A stretch of 64,000 nucleotides of DNA, taken from the NCBI GenBank assembly GCA_963663225.1, contig OY760142.1:1056001-1120000 (forward strand), in the 5' to 3' direction. Origin of the DNA: Nitrospirota bacterium (GTDB lineage: Bacteria > Nitrospirota > UBA9217). The position numbers were made by a program, and so were the translations under genes. Positions 11,222 to 19,667 of this stretch are shown here, piece after piece; within the stretch, counting starts at the first letter, position 1; each line of letters opens with the position of its first letter. The notes beneath the pieces were generated by a model. It was not told the origin of the DNA. It saw only the letters and a program-made list of their open reading frames with translations, and did not search any database.

Positions 11222-11980
11222 TTACCCCGTGTGCATGCGCCCATCATATTTCATCCCGCACACAGGACAAGCGGGATCTTTTCTGGTTTTGAACCTGTGG
11301 AAACCTCCCGTCACGCCCTCCCATACCAGCAGTTCACCTCTCAGCGAAGAGCCCTTCCCCGCGATATAGTTGATGGCCTCAAGCGCCTGCAGGGAACCGA
11401 CGACCCCCGCCGCGGCACCCAGCACCGGAGAAACTTCGGTCGGCGGCGCCTCAGGAAAAATACAGGACAGGCAAGGCGTCTCCGGGGATTGGATGACGGT
11501 AAGTCTTCCCTCCATGCCCCGGATACTGCCGAACACAAAAGGGATTTTTTTCCGGATAGAGCACTCGTTCAGAAGATAGCGGGTCTCAAAATTGTCCAAA
11601 CAATCGATGATGATATCGGAGTCTTTCACCAGTTCGTCGACATTGTCCCTGATGATTTTTACCGGAAGCGGCGTGATCGTAATCTCGGGGTTGAGGCATT
11701 CGAGCGTCTTCTTCCCGGAGACCGCCTTATTCACGCCGATCCGGGTATGGTCATGCAATGTCTGCCGGTTGAGGTTCGAAAGTTCTACGGCGTCATAATC
11801 GCAGATCCTGATATTCCCCACTCCGGCGGCGGTCAGATACATTGATGCCGGCGATCCGAGACCGCCGACCCCGGCCACAAATACCGTGGAGGCCTTGAGC
11901 CTGCGCTGTGCGCCTTCCCCCCAGCCTTCCATGATCATCTGCCTGTTGTATCGTTTTTGCTCTGCCTCAGAAAGTTTCAC
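11222..11980 (-). CDS. HesA/MoeB/ThiF family E1-like adenylyltransferase
   Basis: RY.RQ, GVGGLGS, D.D.VELSNLNRQ, CLDNFETR, Zn motifs CLSC and CPVC; GTG start after AGAGG. Confidence 0.9.
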   Translation of the reverse strand: MKLSEAEQKRYNRQMIMEGWGEGAQRRLKASTVFVAGVGGLGSPASMYLTAAGVGNIRICDYDAVELSNLNRQTLHDHTRIGVNKAVSGKKTLECLNPEITITPLPVKIIRDNVDELVKDSDIIIDCLDNFETRYLLNECSIRKKIPFVFGSIRGMEGRLTVIQSPETPCLSCIFPEAPPTEVSPVLGAAAGVVGSLQALEAINYIAGKGSSLRGELLVWEGVTGGFHRFKTRKDPACPVCGMKYDGRMHTG

Positions 11981-12019
11981 ACAATTACCTCTGCTGTTCA
12001 ACTGCTGCGTGGTAAAAAA

Positions 12020-12889
12020 CTATTTCAACCGCGCACGCGCTTTCCGGATCATCATATCCGGAACATAGGATGATTTGAATATCCGCAGGTTCTCCTTGTC
12101 AAGGTCCTGTTCCAGATTCAGGTATTTGTATTTCGGCGGCAGTATCTTCGCAAAATTGTTGAACAAGTACTGATACACCCCTTTGAACTTTGTTCTGGCC
12201 TTCGCAAAATGCAGCACGAAAGTCTCTTCATTCAACTCCTCGCCCAGCACAAACCCAGCCGGCTCATCATCCGCGTAGTAGATGCCGCCGCAGAGGACCA
12301 GTTCTTCGTACCGGTCAAGCGACTCAAGACAGGGGGCGTAATCGGTTTCCTCCGGCGCCGACTCCGATGTCTTCAGCCAGTCATCCAGAACGAAACGCGC
12401 GTCGCCCAGACGGTCATTCGTAAGCGGACGAGCATCGTGCCGGTACGCTTCGAGAAATTGCTTCAGCAGGTTTCTTTTCTTATGAAGGTGGCGTCCGGCG
12501 TAGCTGCTCATTTTCGCGACGGTGTATACGTAATCAGCGTCGCCCTCTGCAAAGGTTATTTCGAATTCGCGCGGATCGAACAGGGAAAGCCTGTCTTCCG
12601 GTACGGGAAATAAAAAGTCAACGCCCTGCATCATTTTCTTAAGATAAGCACTATCCATTTCCCGAATGTCTCGTGTGGGCATGAGATAGGCATGTCCGTC
12701 GTAAGACCGGCCCCTGATGAAAATATCGTCGTCAAACAACACTTCGTATTTGTGATTTTTTCGAAAGAGATACAGGTTTGCAAACGTATATTCCGACACT
12801 CCGGTTACGACAGCTTTGAAGCGAGGCATAAGCAGCTCTTTGTGTTCTATACCCAGTTTTTCGATCCGCATAGAATGTCCGTTTTGCAT
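12020..12889 (-). CDS. DUF2156 / aminoacyl-phosphatidylglycerol-synthase C-terminal-like (GNAT fold) soluble protein
   Basis: SEYTFANLY, DYVY....S.AG..L.KKRN...F, HFAKA....KGVYQ, N.EQDL....LR..K.SY.P motifs. Confidence 0.8.
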   Translation of the reverse strand: MQNGHSMRIEKLGIEHKELLMPRFKAVVTGVSEYTFANLYLFRKNHKYEVLFDDDIFIRGRSYDGHAYLMPTRDIREMDSAYLKKMMQGVDFLFPVPEDRLSLFDPREFEITFAEGDADYVYTVAKMSSYAGRHLHKKRNLLKQFLEAYRHDARPLTNDRLGDARFVLDDWLKTSESAPEETDYAPCLESLDRYEELVLCGGIYYADDEPAGFVLGEELNEETFVLHFAKARTKFKGVYQYLFNNFAKILPPKYKYLNLEQDLDKENLRIFKSSYVPDMMIRKARARLK

Positions 12890-12892
12890 GAA

Positions 12893-13711
12893 TCAGCTGT
12901 TGGATTCGTAATGTTCATCATGAATATAGTGGATGATCTCCCAGGAGGTTTCTTCAATGGATTTGTTCGTGGTATCAATCATTTTCCAGCTCCGGTTTTT
13001 TCTGAGAAGACCCCAGATGTGCTCAACCTCGGCGAATATTTTCTTGAAATCACTGTAGCTGTGTTCAAGATTGGAGTGCTTTTGGCGCACCTGCCTCACT
13101 TTTTGGAGGACCTCAGGGTCCATGTTGAGGCAAATGACCCTGCGCTGGTCGATTTTGAACAACTCCTCCGGCAGAGGAATGTCCGGCACCACCGGTATAT
13201 TTGCCACCTTAAAGCCTTCCTGGGCAAGGTAGAATGACGTGGGCGTCTTTGAGGTCCGGGAGAGCCCGAGGATGACGACATCAGCCGCGTTCAGACCCTC
13301 CGTTCTCTTCCCGTCATCGTGCTGCAGGGTATACTCGATTGCATCAATCCGCTTAAAATAGCGTTCGTCAACTTTTCTGAGCAGCATCGGATTTTCCAGC
13401 GGTTCCTGCTGCAGATAGGAGGCGAGCGTATGGATGAGCGGGCCCAGAATATCAAGATGGAACATTTTGTGCTTTGCGCAATAGGCGATTGTATGGTCCC
13501 GCATTTCCTTTTTCACAAATGTGAACGCGATCAGCGCCCGTGCGGATTTTGCCTGGTCGAGAATCTCCTGCAGGTCGTCTACCGAATCAATATTATGAAA
13601 AAGCGACATTTTTGCCCGGGCGCGGTTGAACTGCACGATGGCGGCCCGCATAATGTGGAGACCGCTCTGACCGGTTGCATCGGAAATAATATAGATCTTT
13701 TTTATGGCCAT
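12893..13711 (-). CDS. ppsR: Pyruvate,water/phosphate dikinase regulatory protein (PSRP/PDRP kinase-pyrophosphorylase)
   Basis: ISDATGQSG, YF.RIDAIEYTL.HDDG, GLSRTSKTPTS.YLA, KSIEET; AAGGAGG RBS before ATG 13711. Confidence 0.9.
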   Translation of the reverse strand: MAIKKIYIISDATGQSGLHIMRAAIVQFNRARAKMSLFHNIDSVDDLQEILDQAKSARALIAFTFVKKEMRDHTIAYCAKHKMFHLDILGPLIHTLASYLQQEPLENPMLLRKVDERYFKRIDAIEYTLQHDDGKRTEGLNAADVVILGLSRTSKTPTSFYLAQEGFKVANIPVVPDIPLPEELFKIDQRRVICLNMDPEVLQKVRQVRQKHSNLEHSYSDFKKIFAEVEHIWGLLRKNRSWKMIDTTNKSIEETSWEIIHYIHDEHYESNS

Positions 13712-13828
13712 GATGGTCCTCCTTGCCGTGCTTCGGGAAGCATGCATCCGCGGAAAGACGCCCTGCTCACCGGAAGGCAAATCTGAAATATTACTGGGTT
13801 TTTTTACGCTTGCCCTGACGATATATTG

Positions 13829-13857
13829 ACGATAACAAAACAAAAATAGACTGTCAA
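13829..13857 (-). promoter_or_regulatory. Putative sigma70 promoter for the ppsR operon
   Basis: Minus strand TTGACA-N17-TATCGT. Confidence 0.5.
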
Positions 13858-13994
13858 TTATAAAGTACCATCCTAGCGATCGAACCGCGACCACATGGCC
13901 AATGTCCGCCCCTTCCACTCAGCTTCAGCGTCGCGCTGAAGCTCCGCGCAGAAAACCAACCTCCTGTGATGCGTTTTTGTGCTATGTTTTATGC

Positions 13995-14828
13995 ATGTAC
14001 AAAAAAGTGCTCGCCGCAGTCAATGAACACTTGAATTCCGAGGTATCGGCCCGCTACGCGCTGCATCTGGCTAAAGCCGCAAATGCCCGGATTTACTTCT
14101 GCTCTATCGCAGAAAACAGCCTGAACGACAAAAATTTCGGTGCTGCCGAGGAAGCGGTCAAACGGTTGGCCGCACGCGCGGGCGAATTAGGACTCAAACC
14201 GAGCTGCATTCTTGAGACGGGCAACCCCGTCGAGCAAATCAAAAAGATAGTGGTCCGGGAGGAAATCGACGTCGTTTTTGCCGCAACGCGCAGAGAAGAT
14301 TTGAAACGGCGGTTTTATGCGCGGACCATGGCAAGACAGTTGTCACTCGCCCTTCCGTGTTCCGTTGCGCTTGTGCGGGTAGCGCATCTCGGCCGTGCAC
14401 ATCCCAGGACCATTCTTGTTCCACTCAAGGCGCGCATCGACCATATTGCTGAACGCGCGGCCTTCACGGGTCTCATGGCAGGCGCTTTCGCTTCACGGGT
14501 CTCTCTTCTGCATGCTCCAAAACCGCTGAAGCGTTTTTTTCATGGAGAAATTCATTTAACGCCCGTGGAATGGGAGGAACGATTGCCGCCTGATATCAGC
14601 CGGTTCATCGATTCGCTCAGTCATTATCATGTTTCTCATGAAAAAAAACTCACCTCGGGTATCGCAGGCAGAAACATTGCAATCGAGGCCGCCGTCAAAC
14701 GCCATGACCTTATTATTATGGGCGCGAGCATGAGGAGCTTGTGGAGCTCCCTGTTCCGGGGTAATCCCGTTGAACAAGTCCTCCGGAATACCCCCTGCAA
14801 TCTTATTATTTTGAAACCAGCAAAGTAG
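13995..14828 (+). CDS. Tandem-domain universal stress protein
   Basis: MYKKVLAAVN..., ILVPL..., DLIIMGAS..SLWSSLFRGNPVEQVLRNTPCNLIILKP; two USP repeats. Confidence 0.85.
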   Translation: MYKKVLAAVNEHLNSEVSARYALHLAKAANARIYFCSIAENSLNDKNFGAAEEAVKRLAARAGELGLKPSCILETGNPVEQIKKIVVREEIDVVFAATRREDLKRRFYARTMARQLSLALPCSVALVRVAHLGRAHPRTILVPLKARIDHIAERAAFTGLMAGAFASRVSLLHAPKPLKRFFHGEIHLTPVEWEERLPPDISRFIDSLSHYHVSHEKKLTSGIAGRNIAIEAAVKRHDLIIMGASMRSLWSSLFRGNPVEQVLRNTPCNLIILKPAK

Positions 14829-14949
14829 CCGGCTGTATCCGCGCCATACAGCATCCGGGAAAGAACCCGATCCGCAAAAACAAAAGAATATAACCACCGT
14901 CTCATGCAAACATGCAGGTGCCGGTTTTTCATTTCTACACGATACGCGT

Positions 14950-17604
14950 ATGAAAATACATGCTTTGACAACAAAAGAAGTCTTCCGCAGTCTGGTGACT
15001 TCCGGGCAGGGCCTTTCCGAGGAAGAAACAGAGCGGCGACTCCACGAGTTCGGATTGAATGAGATTTCTGAAGTAAAAAGAAAAAATCTGCCCGCACGGC
15101 TTTTGGACCAATTCACCCACTTTCTCGCACTCGTGCTGTTATTTGCTGCGGGGCTTTCCTTTCTTTCCGAGTACCTGCGTCCCGGCGAAGGCATGCTCAC
15201 CCTCGGCATTGCCATTCTTGCCGTCGTATTCATAAATGCACTCTTCACCTTTATACAGGAATACCGCGCGGAAAAAGCTCTTGACGCCCTCAAAAAGCTC
15301 CTGCCTTTTTTCGTAACAGTCATCCGGCAGGGCCGGGAGCGGGAACTTCCCGCGCGCCACGTCGTGCCCGGCGACCTGATCCTGCTTACGGAAGGCTGCA
15401 AAGTTCCTGCGGACGCCAGACTCATCACGACTGCCGATCTGAAAGTGAACCATGCACCGTTGACCGGCGAATCAGAACCGGTCCTAAGAAATCATGAACC
15501 GTACCAGGGTGAATTTGCAGAAAGCCCCAATATCGTCTTCGCAGGCACAACGGTTGTCAGCGGATCCGGAAAAGCGATTGCGTTCGCGACCGGCATGGGC
15601 ACGGAATTCGGGCGGATCGCGCATTTAACCAGCTCGATAGATGCGGGTTTGAGCCCGCTTCAGAAAGAACTCGCAAAAGCGACGCGGATTGCCGCAGGTA
15701 TTGCCGCCGCAGTCGGCCTTTTCTTTTTTGTCCTTGGTTTCCTGATCGGACGGAGCTTCTGGGACAACTTCATTTTCGGCGTCGGCATCACCGTGGCACT
15801 CATTCCTGAAGGCATGCTGCCCACTGTCACGCTCGCTCTTGCCATGGGCAGCCAGCGTATGGCAAAGCGAAAAGCGTTGATAAAAACCCTTACCTCCGTT
15901 GAAACGCTCGGCTCGGTAACCGTAATCTGCACTGACAAAACCGGGACCCTCACCCAGAACGACATGACGGCAACCACGGTTTGGGCGGACAACAGTATCT
16001 GTGAAATTTCCGATACGCTGCCCGAAGCCGCGCAGGACGTCATGCGGGCAGCCTTGCTCTGCAATAACGCACGGGTGATCGACGGCAACTATAAAGGCGA
16101 TCCTACAGAGACCGCGCTGCTAAAGGCGGCACGAAAGGTTCTCGACGATATGCCGGCGGAACGATTGTTCGAAATTCCTTTTGATGCAGACCGCAAGATG
16201 ATGACCACGGTCAACACCGTAGCCGGACGCTGCTTCATTTTTTCAAAAGGAGCGTTGGAAAAAATTTTGTCTCTTTGCACCCATATCCTGATACAAGGGT
16301 CCCGGCAGACACTGGACGAGAATAACCGTAAGCATGTGTTCGAGACGTATCATGCGCTGATGGACAAAGGGCTTCGGGTATTGGCGTTTGCTCAAAAAAG
16401 ACCGGAGAACCAGGGACCGAAGGACAGCTGGAATAAGGAAATAGAAACAAATATGACCTTCCTGGGCCTCATTGGGCTTCATGATCCGCCGCGGCCCGAA
16501 GTACCCGAGGCTGTTGAAAAATGCAGACAAGCGGGCATACGGATCATTATGATAACCGGCGACGCCGGCAGGACCGCGGCCGCCATCGCGCGGGAAATCA
16601 ATTTGGTGCACGGTGCGCCTTTTGTCATCGAAGGACAGGAACTCGAGCAGATGTCCGACGGAACATTGAGAAAAACGCTCTCAGAGCAAGAAACCATTTT
16701 TGCCCGCATGGCGCCGAAGCACAAAATGCGCGTTGTGTCCCTCTTGAAAGAAGAAGGTGAAGTGGTGGCTGTGACCGGCGACGGCGTGAACGACGCTCCC
16801 GCGCTCAGGAAGGCGGACATCGGAATTTCCATGGGCATTGCCGGAACCGATGTGGCAAAAGAAGCTTCTGATATCGTGCTGCTGGATGACAATTTCGCCA
16901 CGATCGTGAATGCCGTCGAGGAAGGACGGACGGTATATGAAAACATCAAAAAATTTTTAACGTATATTCTTGCGTCGAACATCCCCGAAGCCGTGCCATA
17001 TCTCGCCTATATTCTGTTGAGAATTCCCCTGCCGCTCACCATCATGCAGATCCTTGCCGTGGACCTCGGCACGGACATGCTGCCGGCGCTTGCCCTCGCC
17101 TCGGAAAAACCGACGCCCGGCATTATGAAAAAGCCTCCCCGGAAGCGGACAGAGCGTCTTCTGAGCGCTCCACTGATTGCGCGGGCATATCTATTTCTCG
17201 GACCGATAGAAGCAGTCGCGTGCATGTTCGGTTTTTTCTGGGTACTGGCAGGAAGCGGATGGGCATGGGGAACTGCAACTGTATTGAATGACCCACTCTA
17301 TATACAGGCAACGACGGCATGCCTGACCGCGATCATCATCACCCAAACGGCAAACGTATTCGCCTGCAGATCGAGAGATGAATCGTTTTTCAGCACCGGT
17401 TTTTTCTCGAACAGGCTCATCTTCCTTGGAATCGCGGTCGAACTTCTGCTGCAGCTCTTTATAGTCTACCACCCGTTGGGCAACAGGATATTCTCTACCG
17501 CTCCTCTTTCGCCTGAAGCTTGGCTCGTTCTTGTCCCGTTTGCTTTCGTTCTCTTTTTTGCTGAGGAAACCAGAAAGTTCATTTTCCGCCGCATGAAAAC
17601 CTGA
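14950..17604 (+). CDS. Cation-transporting P-type ATPase, P2C (Na+/K+- or H+/K+-ATPase)-like
   Basis: TGES, IPEGM, DKTGTLT, TGDGVNDAPAL; TM5-TM6 YILASNIPEAVP...PLPLTIMQILAVDLGTDMLPALAL matches the P2C pattern. Confidence 0.9.
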   Translation: MKIHALTTKEVFRSLVTSGQGLSEEETERRLHEFGLNEISEVKRKNLPARLLDQFTHFLALVLLFAAGLSFLSEYLRPGEGMLTLGIAILAVVFINALFTFIQEYRAEKALDALKKLLPFFVTVIRQGRERELPARHVVPGDLILLTEGCKVPADARLITTADLKVNHAPLTGESEPVLRNHEPYQGEFAESPNIVFAGTTVVSGSGKAIAFATGMGTEFGRIAHLTSSIDAGLSPLQKELAKATRIAAGIAAAVGLFFFVLGFLIGRSFWDNFIFGVGITVALIPEGMLPTVTLALAMGSQRMAKRKALIKTLTSVETLGSVTVICTDKTGTLTQNDMTATTVWADNSICEISDTLPEAAQDVMRAALLCNNARVIDGNYKGDPTETALLKAARKVLDDMPAERLFEIPFDADRKMMTTVNTVAGRCFIFSKGALEKILSLCTHILIQGSRQTLDENNRKHVFETYHALMDKGLRVLAFAQKRPENQGPKDSWNKEIETNMTFLGLIGLHDPPRPEVPEAVEKCRQAGIRIIMITGDAGRTAAAIAREINLVHGAPFVIEGQELEQMSDGTLRKTLSEQETIFARMAPKHKMRVVSLLKEEGEVVAVTGDGVNDAPALRKADIGISMGIAGTDVAKEASDIVLLDDNFATIVNAVEEGRTVYENIKKFLTYILASNIPEAVPYLAYILLRIPLPLTIMQILAVDLGTDMLPALALASEKPTPGIMKKPPRKRTERLLSAPLIARAYLFLGPIEAVACMFGFFWVLAGSGWAWGTATVLNDPLYIQATTACLTAIIITQTANVFACRSRDESFFSTGFFSNRLIFLGIAVELLLQLFIVYHPLGNRIFSTAPLSPEAWLVLVPFAFVLFFAEETRKFIFRRMKT

Positions 17605-17672
17605 TTTCAACCAGTGTTTTGAACGGCTATATGATATACTGAAAATAACGCGCTTTTCCCACGGGAGGTTGC

Positions 17673-18455
17673 ATGCTGGTAATCGCCGAGAATCTCAATA
17701 TACGAAACACGGACTATGCGGATGCGCTCAAAAAAAACGACTGGAAAACAGTCACGGCCATGGCAAAAGAACTTGCTTCGGCAGGCGCGGAAGCAATCAA
17801 CGTCCAGGTTTCTACAGACGGTGTGGACGACGAGAATGCGCTCCCTCTCGCGGCCGAGGCGGTTCAACTGGGCGCCGGCCTTCCCTTATGCCTCGATTCA
17901 CGCAACATAGCGGCGCTCAGAAAGACCGTGCCGGTCTGCAGCCAGCCGCCGATCATCAACTACCTCTCCGGGGATGAAAAAAACGCCGGAGAAATGCTGG
18001 CGCTGGTGCGGGAAACCGAGTCGAACCTCGTGATCCGTGCGCTGAAGGGGACTGTTCCCCTGACGCTCGAGGACAAGCTCATGGTCCTCGAAGATCTCCT
18101 CGAAAAAGCGAACGCGGCAGGCGTCCCGAATGAATGCCTCTTTGCGGATCCTTCAGTCGTGCATATCGGCGACGGTATGGGGCAGGAACATCTCCTGAAC
18201 GCACACGAAAGCATCGTTGTTCTGAACGGAATGGTTGATCCTCCGCTTAATACCATTGTCTGGCTGTCGAACATAACGACCGGTCTTCCGAAAAAAATAG
18301 CGTCGGTTGTGGCCTCTGCATACCTCAGCTACCTCGCCGGTGCAGGCCTGCACGCCGCCCTGCTGAATGTAAAAGACGCGGACGTGATGAAAACCGTTTA
18401 TCTGATCAAGGCGTTCCGCGACGAAGTCGTTTTTACACCGGCTGATATGGCGTAG
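17673..18455 (+). CDS. Pterin-binding TIM-barrel protein, AcsE (methyl-THF:corrinoid methyltransferase)-like, divergent
   Basis: MLVIAENLN, LCLDS, IIN, LFADP and LSN motifs align by eye with AcsE/MetH pterin domains; GGGAGG RBS. Confidence 0.75.
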   Translation: MLVIAENLNIRNTDYADALKKNDWKTVTAMAKELASAGAEAINVQVSTDGVDDENALPLAAEAVQLGAGLPLCLDSRNIAALRKTVPVCSQPPIINYLSGDEKNAGEMLALVRETESNLVIRALKGTVPLTLEDKLMVLEDLLEKANAAGVPNECLFADPSVVHIGDGMGQEHLLNAHESIVVLNGMVDPPLNTIVWLSNITTGLPKKIASVVASAYLSYLAGAGLHAALLNVKDADVMKTVYLIKAFRDEVVFTPADMA

Positions 18456-18480
18456 AGGCACTCCGCTCCCGCTTGCTGCT

Positions 18481-19353
18481 ATGATGAGCCCTGCAGTGAA
18501 TGTTCATCCTGAAAATACAGATGACGAGCTTTCGTATCTGAGAAGTGAAATCAAACGATTACGTGCGGCGCTTCGCCAAAAAGGGCCGGCGCTTGCAATG
18601 CTGTTGCGGCACAGGGGGTTTTTCATTTACAAAAAAGACCCCCTCGACGATGTGCTCGTCCCGGCAGACAATCTTCTCGATTACTATTACCAAATGCTTC
18701 ATAAATATTCCTTTCGCCTTTTTCTCCGCGATGTGCTCAAACATCAGGAATTTTTTACTATCAGCCAGGTAGCGCGGTATGCCACCCCGGATATTGTTCG
18801 AGGCTATCTCGACTATCTGGTGTCTGCCGGCCTTGTCAAAAAACAGAGGCAAGGTTATGCTCTCGCACGGCCGCCGATCCGGAGTTTTGGCCCGACGCTT
18901 GAATGGTATCTGGCGGAAGTGTTTAAACGCGAGTTCGGTTCAGAAGCGTTCTGGGGGATAAAATTCAGGGGACGGGGAGTTGGGGGAGACTACGACGTAA
19001 TTGCCTGCATCGAAAAATCACTTTTTTATGCGGAAGTAAAAGCCTCGCCGCCGAAGCATATCTTCAAAACTGAAATCGCCGCTTTTATAGATCGCGTTCT
19101 CGATCTTTCCCCGGATGCCGCGATTTTTCTTATGGATACGGAGCTGCGGATGAAGGATAAGATCGTTCCGCTGTTTGAACACGAAATGGAGAATCGGTTT
19201 TCGAGTCCTCCGCCAATCGAGCGTCTGGAGCATGAGCTGTTCCACATTCGGAACAGAATCTTTATCCTTAATGCAAAAAGAAGCATCGTCCGCAACATAG
19301 AGCAGGTGGTGCGCAGGCATTTTCAGGAAAGCATTTCCGCCAGCCTGCATTGA
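18481..19353 (+). CDS. Hypothetical protein: possible winged-helix region plus PD-(D/E)XK nuclease-like domain
   Basis: YLDYLVSAGLV (wHTH-like); G.TLEWYLAE helix then GGDYDV-x9-YAEVK. Confidence 0.55.
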   Translation: MMSPAVNVHPENTDDELSYLRSEIKRLRAALRQKGPALAMLLRHRGFFIYKKDPLDDVLVPADNLLDYYYQMLHKYSFRLFLRDVLKHQEFFTISQVARYATPDIVRGYLDYLVSAGLVKKQRQGYALARPPIRSFGPTLEWYLAEVFKREFGSEAFWGIKFRGRGVGGDYDVIACIEKSLFYAEVKASPPKHIFKTEIAAFIDRVLDLSPDAAIFLMDTELRMKDKIVPLFEHEMENRFSSPPPIERLEHELFHIRNRIFILNAKRSIVRNIEQVVRRHFQESISASLH

Positions 19354-19401
19354 GCGCATGCGAAGGCGTATGCCGCTCTTATCAGGTCCGTTAAAATAGC
19401 C

Positions 19402-19431
19402 TTGACAGAATTTGCCCTGTTCTGGTACTGT
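19402..19431 (+). promoter_or_regulatory. sigma70 promoter for the riboswitch leader
   Basis: TTGACA-N18-TACTGT with an extended -10 TG, about 10 nt before the aptamer. Confidence 0.6.
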
Positions 19432-19440
19432 TTCCTCGTG

Positions 19441-19550
19441 TAAAGGGGAGTAGCTGTCACAACTGTATCGTCAACACGCCGGATGGAATGAGAGCTCTTT
19501 TCCGTCCTGCCGGTACTCTTGGCCAGGGATGCCTGGTAAGCAAGACCTTT
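19441..19550 (+). ncRNA. yybP-ykoY manganese riboswitch aptamer
   Basis: AAAGGGGAGTAGC...CGTCAACACG...GCAAGACCTTT matches the family hallmarks; lies upstream of a P-type ATPase and TerC, its classic targets. Confidence 0.9.
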
Positions 19551-19604
19551 GCTCGGTGAACATGCTGGAACTGCCAGTACTCATCGGGGAAAGGTTTTTT
19601 TTTT
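19543..19604 (+). terminator. Riboswitch expression-platform terminator
   Basis: AGACCTTT-G-CTCGGTGA...TCATCGGG-G-AAAGGTTT plus a long T-run; its 5' arm overlaps the 3' strand of aptamer P1, i.e. ON-switch logic. Confidence 0.85.
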
Positions 19605-19667
19605 GCCCTTTATTGAGTTGCAGATGATCCGGCAGTGTTCTCCAATGAACGCTCGACGGAGGAAATC

